Shown here: positions 1 through 12,543 of the stretch, in pieces
How positions within the stretch are numbered: position 1 is the first letter of the stretch
Layout: each line of letters begins with the position of its first letter
Assembly: GCF_006345805.1 (NCBI RefSeq)
Contig: NC_042999.1
Coordinates: forward strand, 120,218,001 to 120,282,000
Direction of reading: 5' to 3'
Length of the DNA: 64,000 bases
Origin: Octopus sinensis
Taxonomy: Eukaryota
Position numbers and translations under genes: made by a program
The notes under the pieces: generated by a model
The model's database searches: none
What the model was told of the DNA's origin: nothing
Seen by the model: only the letters and a program-made list of their open reading frames with translations

Positions 1-375
1 TGAACAGGAATTAATCTTCTCTCTTCGCTCTTATACGCCATTTGGTCTCAACTCTCCACCCCTCCTCATCTAACCCCCCTCTCCCCCCTCCTCACCTATC
101 CTTTCCCCCCCGACCCCTACTTCTTCAGTCCTTCATCCTTTCACCCCTACTCCCCTTCCCTTCATCCCTCTTTCTCCCTCCCTCCTTCCCTCTCCCCTTC
201 CCTCTGCTCCCTCACTCCCTCACTCCCCCTTCTCTCTCCCATTCTCCCTCGTTCCCCTATTCCTCACCCTCTTCCTTCCCTCCCCCTCCCCTCCCCTCCC
301 TCTTCCCCCTCCTTCCCCCTCCTCTTCCCATCTCCATTCCCCCCCTCTCTCCCCCTCCCCTCTCTCCTCACTACA
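1..375. repeat. C/T-rich low-complexity tract (CCCT/CT)
   Basis: Almost pure pyrimidine on the + strand; explains the Pro/Leu/Ser ORF 42..389. Confidence 0.9.
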
Positions 376-413
376 CCACACGACTTTAACATCACATGAT
401 ATATGATGTGCCA

Positions 414-790
414 TACTAATACATACACCAACTAATACATACTAATACGTACTAATACATACTAATACATACTAATACATACACCAACCCTATACATACA
501 CACGTCCAGACCCCTCATACGCACTTATACTCTCTCATACACACACCACACACATTATACATACTAATACGTACTAATACATACTAATACATACACCAAC
601 CCCATACATACGCACGTCCAGACCAATCCTACGCACTAATACTCTCTCATACACACACACACACACACACCCACCCTTATACATACTAATACATACACCA
701 ACCCTATACATACACACGTCCAGACCCCTCCTACGCACTATTAGCTGGTCCTTCAACCCTATTATCAACCCTATTATCTCCCCTTATTTC
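414..790. repeat. Degenerate minisatellite, ~102-112 bp unit x3, with embedded ATACTAATAC repeats
   Basis: The anchor ACGTCCAGAC recurs at ~502, ~614 and ~716. Confidence 0.8.
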
Positions 791-829
791 GCTCTCGCGT
801 CTCATGTTTGATCTTTGACCTCTGGCCGA

Positions 830-1045
830 AATCAGATCGCCATGTTGATTCGTTAGCTACTGCACGCATTTTTTTCTCTCCTTCTTTCTGTGTTTTTTTT
901 CTCTCTGTGTATCTTTCTGTTGAAGAGCGTAGGCTCGAAACGTTAAAGACTTGTTTTATTTATATTTCCTGAGCGCCATACTAATACAATTGTTCGTTTG
1001 TTTTCTATCTGCATTCGTCTTTTGTCTATTTTCATAAAGCTTCCC
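830..1045 (+). mobile_element. Short non-coding PLE-derived (pLTR-like) element carrying a hammerhead motif; related to 16205-16435
   Basis: Shares GAAGAGC..GCTCGAAACGTT, TTTCCTGAGCG and TAATAC with the 16.2 kb copy; ends in (TA)n. Confidence 0.6.
912..949 (+). ncRNA. Minimal type-I hammerhead-like motif (decayed, A6->U)
   Basis: TCTTT-CTGTTGA-A-GAGC gtag GCTC-GAAA-CG-TT-AAAGA: 5-bp helix I, 4-bp helix II, palindromic AACGTT helix III. Confidence 0.65.
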
Positions 1046-1358
1046 GTTATATATATATATATGTATGTATGTGTGTATGTATGTACAACAGGTTTATTTC
1101 TGTCTTCAGTTTAAGAGCACTTAATCCATTCACATGGCTTTGGTCGTTCTGGGGTTGAATACAAAACACATGCTCAAGATATCACACAATATGACTCAAC
1201 TTTACGGCACACCCACGTCTCTCCCAGATATGTGTGTGCGTGTATGATTATGTATGCACATACTTCCATATATCTGTATACATATACATGGAGCAAAATT
1301 CTTATTTCAGAGTGATTAATTATATATATGTGTATATATGTATATATATGTATATATA

Positions 1359-1970
1359 CGGCCACACCTCGAATATTGCTGCCCACTGTGGTCTCCCCAT
1401 ACAAGACAAAACATCTCCAGGATTGAGTCACCCTAGAGGGCACTCACTAAACGAATTTAAGGCATGGCTGCTCTCGATTATTGGGATCGCCTTAAAGCCT
1501 TGAAACTTTACTCTCTCCAGCGTCGCCGTGAGCGGTACATCATTTGTACGATGTGGAGAATATACCGCCAACTTTGCCCAAACGACCTTAACATTAGCTT
1601 CAAGGTTCATCCAAGACTGGGACCACGGGCCATACGTCCCCTGCCCAATTCAAGATCACATCATATATGTACACTGCAATATAATTCCTTTTCCTCAACA
1701 GGCCCTGCCCTATTTAACATTGTCCCGAGGGAGATCAAAGAGGAAAAGGATCCCATCAACTTTAAACGGAGTCTGGGCAGATTCCTTCAAAGAATTCCAG
1801 ATAAGCCACCCATAATTGGATACAACTCACCCAACAAGAACTCACTGCTTGAATGGACCATAAACAAAACTTGACTTAAACAGGATTCGAATAATCCTAT
1901 CAGGTGGTGCTATTAAGTTAGTCATGGCCTGGACAAATCTTTGGTCGAAACATATCTAAGTCTATCTAAG
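1359..1970 (+). mobile_element. 5'-truncated CR1-group LINE (ORF2 C-terminus + 3' UTR)
   Basis: RPHLEY-like start, then LDYWDRLKALKLYSLQRRRERY...FKRSLGRFLQRIPDKP, typical of the CR1-group ORF2 end; short ATCTAAG repeat tail. Confidence 0.8.
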
Positions 1971-1999
1971 TTTATATATATATATATATATTATATATA

Positions 2000-2046
<47 letters not shown>

Positions 2047-2159
2047 ATTATATATATATACACGTATATATAATATATATATATATACATATACATACAT
2101 ATACATACATAAATATATATCTATATGCACACACGCACACACACATGCATATATATGCA

Positions 2160-2228
2160 CTATTATAAGGAGATGAAGAAGGGCGTATACAATTTTGTTT
2201 TCTCCTAAAAACCTCAGCATGCGACTGA

Positions 2229-2278
<50 letters not shown>

Positions 2279-2510
2279 CATCCATACATATATACATACT
2301 TCCATCTATCAGTACATAGAGATGTGGATATATTAATTTGTATATAATTTCCTATTAGATCATAATATCTATGGTGAATGTTGAAAAAGGCTGTTTAGAT
2401 GATGATGTGTGGGATTAAGAAAGACATGCATAAATTGACCATTTGTCTCATGCTGAGATTTTAGGGATTAGACAAAATTGTATACACCCTATTTCATCCC
2501 CTTATAATAG
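2160..2510. repeat. Imperfect inverted repeat (arms ~2160-2221 and ~2448-2510)
   Basis: CTATTATAAGG..GTATACAATTTTGT..CTCAGCATG is matched by its reverse complement. Confidence 0.75.
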
Positions 2511-2544
2511 TTCATATAATAGGTATTCTGGGTGATTTCCTGTC

Positions 2545-2885
2545 TCAACTTGAGCCTGCGGGGACGATAAGGCCCCGACAGGATAACCCTCTAGTCTAGA
2601 TCTCTAGCCTTGGGATGCGGTCATTTGACTATGGTCATGATGGGACTGTGACTTGAAGAATTTTAGTGTAGACCAGATCTCTAGTGTGGGACTCGGCGTG
2701 CAGTGACACGTTCTCCGGCTCCAACGTTGCTGCATATACTGTAAGCCATGGTGTCGTCGCCGTAACACGACGGCAAGAAAAATCAATGAATATAGGAACT
2801 TGGCTGACTACTGTCAGACCTAGCTGCTCGTCGCCGAGACGTCAGGTTGTCTATGACACCGTATTACAAATTTCCTCCGCAAAAT
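2545..2885 (+). mobile_element. Relic restriction-like endonuclease domain of a CRE-like non-LTR retrotransposon
   Basis: Across frameshifts it reads LEPA.RGD.K.PD.ITL..W....WDSACSDTF.GSN...RQEKINEYRNLA....VAETSG, resembling the RPDG..WD.TC.DT..K..KY..L..AVETSG signature. Confidence 0.55.
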
Positions 2886-3539
2886 AGAGATAACAGCAAT
2901 AAATAAACCCTGGCAGGTGGAGTAGCTGTTGCACCGAGTGTTGCAGGTCATTCTTTGTGGCAATACCAGGGTGGTCATAACTGCGGAGCGGTACTGAGCA
3001 CACCATTTTTTCTGGTATACGTGGCCCATCTCCTTCTCTCCCTACATCTTTAGCTGCTTTACCACCACCATCTGTTTTCTTCCTTTTTCCTTTTCTTTCT
3101 TTCCCTTTCTCATCTCTCTCCTGTTATTTCCTTGTTTTATATTGTGATTCTATAAGTACCCAGCTTTTATTTATTTATTTATTTATGTATTTGATTATTT
3201 TCAATTTTGTTCCCTATGCTAGACTCGAGTCATTTCATCCATTTAAAAACAAGGCAGCTGATTTAAGCATCGTGTTCATGACCCTAGCAAGTTTTTAGAG
3301 ATATGTACATTATATTTTTACCTAGTAGGCATGATAGCTTTTAGATTATGTTCGTTGCAATAAGGTATATATTTAATGAAAATATTCTTAGCTAAGTTAT
3401 AGTCTATTACATGGCACTGTTCCAATCAAATCATACACTAATATATTAAGCATTTATAAGAATCGCTGATTAATTCTTATTTGTTTTCTTAAACTATTCA
3501 AATAAGAGAAAATGAATAATAGGTTGAGAAACAATATAT

Positions 3540-4720
3540 TCAAACCTATTCACTGACCATATTAATGGACCCTGGAAGAAGCTGCTTTAAATACCTTTGT
3601 ATCATTATGACAAGGTTTTTGGACAACTAATGAAATGCTCAATGTTGAATGTGATATATCTCGATTTTGCAAAGGTCGATCACGGGATGATATACTAAAC
3701 CTCGATATGCTAAATCTTGTTACATGACTTCCTAAAAGACAGAAGCGAGGCCGTGGCAGTCAATAAGGTCTCCTCCAAACAGACATTAATTGCGTGTGGC
3801 GTGCTTTAGGGAACTGTCTTGGTACCACAGCTATTCATAGTGGCTGTTTGGTACATGCTTATAGTTACAGGAGTTGCCCCTCTTGCTAGCTATACCGACG
3901 ATACAAAAGTAGCGCGATCAGTCAATGATCCTCACGATGCTTATCTTCCACAGAAAGATATAGATGCAATGTATAAATGGGCTGAAGAATACGACATGCA
4001 ATCTTTTGGAATAAGGAAAGCAGCAGTTCCAAAGTCAAACACAGTGCATGATCTGGTTATTGATTTGAGCACAGTGTTTCGTCTTATGTATATATCACCG
4101 CGATTGTGGCAATGAGCAGGCGAATGGCTGGATAGTTTTTGAGTGCTTCCTGAACAAGGGCCCAAGAAACACTATGGCCTTCTCGATTGCTGTTCTCAAC
4201 AATTATCACCCTACAGTGTCAATTTAATAACGAAACTTAAGGTAGTCCAGCAGTACTATACGAAAATGATTATATCGATGAAGCACTTGAGCAACTGAAA
4301 GAGACTGAAAGAATTACGACTCTGCTTCTTGGATATATGTGGTGATTTGGAAGATCCTAGAGAGGGTGGCATCAAACTTTGGCATCAATAGGCATATCAT
4401 CACGGACAGGTTAACACTACAATGTTCGAAATGTCCATTCATCTTGTTTAGGGTAAGAAGCAGGTACTGCAATAGCTGGGGATTCAAAGGCTCTTGGTTA
4501 TTTAATATTTTGTCCCAAAACAGAGACATATACATGAGATGGAGGTAGATATTACCAAGAAGAACCTTGACTTTCTAAGGACCCGGATGAACATATATCA
4601 CGGAAATAAACTCAAAAGAAGGCAGCACTATCTAACTCCCTCCTTCACATTAAGACAATGACCACTGAATAGGTGATGATACGGATGGTGTACCATCAAG
4701 ACCTTCTATCAAGAGCTCCA
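3540..4720 (+). mobile_element. Decayed CR1-group LINE reverse transcriptase region
   Basis: DVIYLDFAK-like, GTVLVPQLF (QGTVLGP) and SYTDDTK (YADD) motifs with stops and frameshifts. Confidence 0.7.
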
Positions 4721-5775
4721 CTTCATCTGTTTTAGTATTTCAGAAAGTTTGCAATACGGTTCGTATTTGTGTCTAAATTAACTAGTTTAATATTAGAGTT
4801 TGCACTGAAAGTTAGTTCTGATTGAAAGAGATAACATATGGTCATTATCCTGGTTTTTTACATCTACCGTAATCACTGTTATATATCGATGTTGTGGATA
4901 TTGTATTTGTATTTGAATGCTTTTAATAAGTATTGTCTGATCTCCTCTGTTGTACGCCCCTATGAAACATTGGTATTTGCAAGGGACTGAAAAACCAACA
5001 CTGATACCACCTTGGTGTTACTTTGTCCTCTTGGCTCTCTTAACAAAGGCTACTGAAAGAAACTTATGATTTTTGTCTTCATTAAAAGTGCAATTCTTTG
5101 TATTCACTATATTAAGTACATCAGTACATCATATAGTGCATTCACTATATTAAGTACATCAGCTATCACTTTACAATTCGCTTTTCATGCACAAATTATC
5201 TGAGAACATTTTCTAGTCAGAAATATTTTGCTTAGATCTATAAATCACAACACTAACATTAAAGATAAATTTATTAAATGTCTTCACCGTGAATAAACAC
5301 CTATAAATGACGTACATAGTCTTACAACTCCGTTAATTTGAGTAAAATATGCGAAAAAATTTTCAAAATAAAATATTCTTCTAGAAAGATGTCACATATG
5401 AATGCTTTATCACACCTGACATATTGAGAAAATAGAATTTTCTGAAAACGATAGGTTTATCATTATCAAAGAGATATAAGAAAACGAATGAAGTTTACGG
5501 AAGCACATAAGCATAATGACACTATACATTCATGTGTTTGAGTACATATAGCTATATACATAAAGCTATATGCATATATGTACATATATCTACACGCATA
5601 TAAGAACTTATATATATTTATAAAAACATACATATATATTTATGCGGTATGTATGTTTCTATATGTGCATTTCTATGCATATGTGGATTTATGAGTGTGT
5701 TAATGTATTTGTATTGGCAGAGTTTTAATGTATTTTCACTTTAACAACAATGTTCCTTATATTCTTGTGTATATA

Positions 5776-5983
5776 CAGTAGTCCTTCGCCATATGTCGGT
5801 TCACCTATCGTGGTTTATTATTTAAGATTACGTCGGTTCATTCGTGGTGTTGTTTTGCCTTTATTATAATATGAATATATACAAATCATAAAAATAATGA
5901 AAAAAGATACATAGCACAGTATTGTTTCTACTCCGCGGATGTTCACCTATCGCGGTGTGTTTTGGATAGTTGAGGGATTACTG
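5776..5983. mobile_element. pogo/Tigger-like MITE (208 bp)
   Basis: TIR CAGTAGTCCTTC / GAGGGATTACTG flanked by TA on both sides; internal TTCACCTATCG repeats. Confidence 0.75.
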
Positions 5984-6174
5984 TATATTGAAATTGCATT
6001 TAAACATGCTTGATTGAGAAAGCTGTTTGCTGATGCACTCTTGCAAAACATCTATTATTCAGGCACAAATGCATAACATAGTACTCCAGCAAATAATGAT
6101 TTCTGCAAAAATAGTTTCGGCTTTTATCAAACAGATATGGCAAACAGTGTTATATATATATATATATATATATA

Positions 6175-6255
<81 letters not shown>

Positions 6256-6327
6256 TATATACGGAGTAAACACATAAATGGTAGAGTAATATGCTTTATT
6301 TAAAGCAGCAGAAAATTCAACAAAACC

Positions 6328-6363
6328 TGTTACTCTGAGTTTCACGTTGCCGTTCGTCGGACA
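6328..6363 (-). ncRNA. Minimal hammerhead-like motif, CCGACGA core
   Basis: TGT-CCGACGA-ACG gcaa CGT-GAAA-CTCAGAG-TA-ACA; all three helices form; GUA triplet. Confidence 0.7.
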
Positions 6364-6377
6364 AATTCTAGCAAAAA

Positions 6378-6415
6378 CTGTCCGACGAACGGCAACGTAA
6401 AACTCAGAGTAACAG
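6378..6415 (+). ncRNA. Mirror copy of the hammerhead-like motif (G12->A, likely dead)
   Basis: CTGT-CCGACGA-ACGGCAACGT-AAAA-CTCAGAG-TA-ACAG. Confidence 0.6.
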
Positions 6416-6464
6416 GTTTTGTTGAATTTTTTGCTGCTTTAAATAAAGTACATATATATACATA

Positions 6465-6907
6465 GGAGTGGCTGTGTGGTAAGTAGCTTGCTTACCAACC
6501 ACACGGTTCCGTGTTCAGTCCCACTGCGTATCACCTTGGGCAAGTGTCTTCTACTATAGCCTCGGGCCGACAAACGCCTTGTGAGTGGATTTGGTAGACG
6601 GAAACTGAAAGAAGCCTGTCGTATATATATATATATATATGTGTGTGTGCGCGCGTGTGTGTGTGTGTGTGTGTGTATGTATATATGTGTTTGTGTGTTT
6701 GTGTGTCTGTATTTGTCCCCCCAACATCGCTTCACAACCGATGCTGGTGTGTTTACTTCCCCGTTACCTAGCGGTTCGGCAAAAGAGACCGATAGAATAA
6801 GTAATAGGCTTACAAAGAATAAGTCCTGGGGTCGATTTGCTCGACTAAAAAAGGCGGTGCTCCAGCATGGCCTCAGTCAAATGACTGAAACAAGTAAAAG
6901 AGTAAAT
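6465..6907 (+). mobile_element. tRNA-derived SINE (octopus OR-like) with internal TA/GT microsatellite
   Basis: tRNA-like head GGCTGTGTGGTAAG..GGTTC..TTCAGTCCC, CORE-like CCTTGGGCAAGT, 3' TCAAATGACTGAAACAAGTAAAAG; several copies in the window. Confidence 0.85.
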
Positions 6908-6946
6908 ATAATATATATACATATATATAAATATATATATATATAT

Positions 6947-7688
6947 GTTCATTTAAACGTATGATGTTTGTGTGTATTTTCCCGTATGTCTGTGGTTATC
7001 TATCTGTGTTTTTGTGAATGTGTATACGTATGTTAATGCAGTTCAAGTTTGACATCAGAAAACCCTTATATTCATATGTTAAAAAGATACAGGAATATGT
7101 TTGTCAGTTAAAACACTGTCTGCTAATGCACTACGGCTAAACAATGGCGGCTCAAAAATTACTTGCCAGCAAAATTCATCATCAAAATAATGCCTCTTTA
7201 CTTTGAAGTATAATCATACCTACGGCCATAAGCAGATTACAACGAGCATATAAAACATTATACGAAGGCTATTTATGCAGTTAAATGAATACCTATAGTA
7301 GTATAATCCACTCATGGGAATAAATAATCGCTCATCAAACACACAAATATGACATCTGAACTTTTTCCAGTAACAAATATTAAAAATATGATTATATATT
7401 TAATAAGTACATATTAGAGAAAGCATTAAAATAACGGAAATTATTTATATTTAAAAAGGTAGATATACCTAAAATACACCCCACCTCATGCATTTACACA
7501 TATAAACATACACAAATATATACATGCACACACAAACATATTTACTTGCCATTTTATATATATATATATACATAAATATATATATATGCATCACACACAC
7601 ACACACACACGAACATACATATACTCTTGTTAAAGTAAAAATATTTTTAAACACTCCGACGGAAATACATTAATATTTATATATTAGC

Positions 7689-7724
<36 letters not shown>

Positions 7725-7833
7725 TCATTTAAATGTATGCTGTTTGTGTGTATTTTCCCGTATGTCTGTGGTTATCTATCTGTGTTTTGTGAATGGGTAT
7801 ACGTATGTTAATGCAGTTCAAGTTTGACATCAG
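6947..7833. repeat. ~111-bp direct duplication (6947-7058 and 7723-7833)
   Basis: GTTCATTTAAA...GTTTGACATCAG occurs twice, each copy preceded by (TA)n. Confidence 0.85.
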
Positions 7834-7845
7834 CAAAGTGAGTGT

Positions 7846-7890
<45 letters not shown>

Positions 7891-8195
7891 ACAATTTTTC
7901 CGTCTTTCTGCTTACTTTACTGATCGGTCTCTGAACTGATTCAAAGAGATTTTGGGGCTTTAGTCAATAACATCTAGCCAAATTTATTGCCCTTATTACT
8001 CTAGTCGGTTACCCATCTTCTGAAATAAAACAGAGCGTGTTTATCAGTAACAACTGATCTTGCTCGGACAAAGGCATTTTATTAAATAATATTCAGTACT
8101 GAGCATATTTTGCATCAGAAATAAACATATTTGAGTACCGATATGTACATACATATCCATGCACACATATGCATATACAGTTACACACAGACACA

Positions 8196-8243
<48 letters not shown>

Positions 8244-8589
8244 TATATATATCCATATATATATATATATATATATGCACATCCCTAAAACTACATAAGG
8301 ATATATACATATACAGGAACTATGGCAACAAAGACTCCGAAGCCGTTGCCAGCAAGGAGGGTCACTGCAGATGTTCTTATTGCGTCTGCACGACGCTATT
8401 CGTCCCCACATCTTTGGACAGGGTGATAGGCTCAATTTAAGCGGTAATATGAAGCTGCTGGACAGCGTGGCCAAACCTCCCGGAGTGGGTTGCTGCTAGT
8501 AGGCCTTATGCGAGGTAGCAGAATCCAGCCCTCTACCATACCTCCGGAAAGAGTTAGAAGTGTTTGTCGGAGAATTTCTTCTACTTAAT

Positions 8590-8832
8590 CAGCCCCAGTT
8601 TCTTGCTTCTTAATTTTCTCGATTATAATCTCATTTCTATATATGGGATACGTTCGAGAAAGACACCAACCACTGTCTACAAAAGCAAGGCCTAGCTGGT
8701 GGTCAAAATCAAGTGGCCAAAATCAAGCTGATAGCCAAAATCATTCCTTGTGACACAGTGTGGAACGTATCCACCTGGTTCCAGAGCTGTCTTGGGGCCG
8801 TGGTGGAAGCTGAGGGCTACCACGTTGAGAAA
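8590..8832 (+). mobile_element. Tc1/mariner transposase C-terminal relic
   Basis: Decayed SPDLNPLDY.IW-like region and terminal FQSCLGAVVEAEGYHVE (cf. F..RL.AVVEA.GGHIE). Confidence 0.55.
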
Positions 8833-9986
8833 CCTGTTATGATACTGTTATATTTTTTAAATACTTTCATTTTTTAATGGGATATTGTTTTGTTTCCCCG
8901 TTCAGCAAACTGTCAAATTTATCCCGAATATTCTGTAGATATATTGATCTAGAAAGGAAAAGAGTTAGCAGCAAAGCGAATATAGATCGCAAGAAGATAG
9001 TTTGGCTGCTCGTTTCTCATCTAAAATACTTTAAACTCATTAAGGAAATTTCGAGAAAAAATATTAAGTGTATATTGATTAAACCAACTAGTCTGAATTT
9101 CAGGTATATTTTTAATAAAATAGTATTGGAAAAAATCCTTCTTAGGGCAAAAGCACTTTCCTCATTGAGATTATGGAACAAAGCCTTAAAAATAGGAAGA
9201 TGTTTTTTTTCTGGTTAAAAGAATAACAGAAGATCTACGCCACTGGATGTAGATGACTTTCATCTTTCAATAACGAACACTTTTTTAATGATGAACTCAG
9301 ATTTTGAAAAAATAAACCTTCTATTAGTGACATTAATGTGATTATAAACGCAAGTAAATTAATCATGCTTTTCAGTTGTGATACGTGACTTAAGAAAAGC
9401 CCAGACGAACTCATCGATGTGTTTACGAGAGCATATGATACACTAAAGGGAGGAAAATAATAGTGCTAAATATTCTAGAAGTATTAGAAAAAATATTCCT
9501 TAAATGGATGGTAGCTTATATTGTGATTTTAGCCTGCTTCTATCGAGAAACTGTTGCTGTCATACGTCATAGAGATTTAGAAAGGTTTAACTAATGAATT
9601 TCAGGAAGTAGGATTTCGTGTGTCTGTAAATACTCATTTTATTACCGTTCTTCAAGAAATAAATTTGAGACTGAATAGATAATTTTATACCATATTATAA
9701 ATGAAATGAAAAATTAGTCTGCATTCATAGGCAATCATAACATCTTGAGGAAATATGTCGACAACGTTTGAAGTAAACGGCTGTCTTCATTATGATGGAG
9801 GTAATTTTGTAAGGCTAACATAATGAATAGCTACGAAACACTAAGAACACATAGCATAAAATATGAAAAGTAACATTTCATGGTGCACACCACGATTTAA
9901 CCTAGCAGTACGAATTAATATAGCTATAGAATTCCTTACATAGATTACCTTTTTCCTCAGCTCATAATTACATATATATATATATA

Positions 9987-10060
<74 letters not shown>

Positions 10061-10078
10061 TATATATATCTATGTTTG

Positions 10079-10112
<34 letters not shown>

Positions 10113-10715
10113 TGTATGTATGTATGTATGTATGTATAATGAACTCTGTTTAGATGAGTTATTCAGCTGGTAATAAATTCATTTACTATATCAGATGCTA
10201 TAATACGTCAAATACAAATTGAAACAATAGAGAAGCATTTCATTAATAACTATCGTGTAATTGTCGATTTGGAAGTAAATTCCTTCTAAATGGTATCTTT
10301 GTGATGTGCTGCACAAAAGAAGTAACAAATAACACAGATGAACCTAAAATATGTACTAGAACAACTGAATTGATATGCACACCAACTTTATAATCACATT
10401 CATTTTTCAAACTTGAAGAAAAAACCTACTTCGGATTTGTCAGTGGTTCATGTATGATACAACTTCTCATAAATTCAAATGTAACTAGTCAGTTGTAGAT
10501 AAGGCCCAAACATACAGATGCGGTACTTGGATTTTGTTGAGTGAAAAATTAAAATTTTTGCTTCAAAATAGTTAAAGTTCAAATAAAATGGAAACAATTA
10601 ATAGCACCCTGTATGTAGAGAACTATGTATGTTTTGTATATTTATTAACCTCCATTGGATTTCGACTTGTTTCGGGGAGTAAAAACTCGAAATCAAAGTG
10701 ATTATCAAAAATAGT

Positions 10716-11065
10716 AGGACTGGCTGTGTGGTAAGTAGCTTGCTTGCTTACCAACCCCATGGTTCCGGGTTCAGTCCCACTGCATGGCATCTTGGGCAAG
10801 TGTCTTCTACTATAGCCTCGGGCCGACCAAAGTCTTGTGAGTGGATTTGGAAACTGAAAGAAGCCCGCCGTGTGTATGTAGATATATATGTATGTGTGTG
10901 CATATGTTTGTTTCTGTGTTTGTCTCCCAACATCGCTTGACATCCGATGCTGGTGTGTTTACATACCTGTAACGTAGCGGTTCGGCAAAAGAGACCGATA
11001 GAGTAAGTACAGGCTTACAAAAAATAAGTCCCGGGGTCGATTTACTCGATTAAAGGCGGTTCTCC
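10716..11065 (+). mobile_element. tRNA-derived SINE, same family as 6465-6907
   Basis: Colinear match to the 6465 copy; 3' end truncated. Confidence 0.85.
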
Positions 11066-11083
11066 GCCTTTAATTATATTGAT

Positions 11084-11114
<31 letters not shown>

Positions 11115-11235
11115 AATATTAGGGAATAAATCCAAATTTACAGGGAAAAATCAGATTTAGGATTAAATCCAATTTTATAGTAAAATATTATATAAATAGT
11201 GGTTTTGTCTCTAATATATATTATTATATATATAT

Positions 11236-11275
<40 letters not shown>

Positions 11276-11277
<2 letters not shown>

Positions 11278-12012
11278 AATGAGGGAGATAAATTAATATT
11301 AATTTTAATATCAATTTAAAGCCAGTAGTCCAGCATACAAAAAATCTGAGAAGTCAGAGAAAATTCTAATATATGTGTATATTGGCAGGGCTTACTGCTA
11401 GGGAGTCGGCCGCATGCTAGAAATAGACCATCATCGATCAAACTACAAGGAAATTCTCTAGAGGAAAAATACAGCGAACACTAGAACCAAATTTGGCGGG
11501 CAGGACAAATGAAAATTTATATAAAAAACAGAATTAAATGCATACCTCGGTTTCGGCCTTTAACAAAAGAATTACTTACGTAATTCAAATGTCCGTGCTT
11601 CTTCAGTGCATTCGTTCATTGTAATGTAAATCACAAAACTAACCCCAGCTTTCGTGCCAGTACAGACACGTGTATAGTTTTACCGATTACACTAGTGATA
11701 AAATTTCAAATGTCTTGGTTCTGGCGTGCTAATAAATTTCTGAGGCGAAGGGCTGCAGTAAATAAATCACTGCGGTTGGTGCTTACTACTAGAGAACGTA
11801 TTTATTTCAATATTTAAATAATGAGGGAGATAAATTAATATTAATTTTAATATCAATTTAAAACCAGTAGTCCAGCATACAAAAAATCTGAGAATATTAA
11901 TTTATCTCCCTGTATTTTTCCTCTAGAGAATTTTCTTGTAGTTTGATCGATGATGGTCTATTTCTAGCATACGGCCGACTCCCTAGCAGTAAGCCCTGCC
12001 AATATATACATA
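11276..12012. mobile_element. Rearranged PLE terminal-repeat complex: direct repeat 11276-11352/11818-11894 plus inverted repeat 11372-11473/11911-12012
   Basis: Repeats read directly; hammerhead motif in the middle; both ends abut (TA)n. Confidence 0.7.
11537..11612 (-). ncRNA. Type-I hammerhead-like motif with intact core and helix-II insertion
   Basis: AATGCA-CTGAAGA-A-G..(GAATTAC gtaa GTAATTC hairpin)..C-GAAA-CCGAGG-TA-TGCATT; 6-bp helix I, GUA triplet. Confidence 0.75.
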
Positions 12013-12019
12013 TATATAT

Positions 12020-12051
<32 letters not shown>

Positions 12052-12446
12052 ATATATATTATATATATATATATATGTATATATATAATCAAAATAAGCA
12101 TGCAACACCATTTAATTGAACAATACAACCATTACATAACTTAATTGCAGAGCAATCCTCAGCTGCAAAAAGACAGAATTTAATCAAATTATAACGGATG
12201 GACACATTAGTATCCACATTAGTATGAGGATTGCTCTGCATTTTAATTGATGTAATGGTTGCATTGTTCAATTAAATGGAGTTGCTTGAAACGATCGTAC
12301 TGCAATGCCTCTAGATATCCGTGGTGCTTATATTCATTCTAATCACCTTAATTTGAAATTGTACAGATAGTACCGTACTAAATTCCGGTGCCTCAACTTA
12401 AGTACCATATTCTTCTGAATCTAAATTTTTGCTGAACTTTTATATG

Positions 12447-12492
<46 letters not shown>

Positions 12493-12510
12493 TGTATGTA
12501 TGTATGTATG

Positions 12511-12543
<33 letters not shown>

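Larger units (their letters stand above)
6294..6448. repeat. Near-perfect inverted repeat (~70-bp arms, ~15-bp loop) made of two PLE termini
   Basis: Arms 6294-6363 and 6379-6448 pair with two mismatches. Confidence 0.95.

Noticed and set aside
42-389. Proline-rich ORF
   Set aside because: Artefact of a pure pyrimidine tract.
1085-1115. CTGAAGA-CA-GAAA on the minus strand
   Set aside because: No room for helix II and no helix I.
9400-9800. hAT transposase relic (also ~56230-56420)
   Set aside because: Resemblance too faint to support by eye.
11375-11536. YIG..R..E and LEPNL readings suggesting a GIY-YIG domain antisense to the hammerhead
   Set aside because: Spacing is too short, a stop intervenes and the start overlaps a TA tract; not supportable without alignment.
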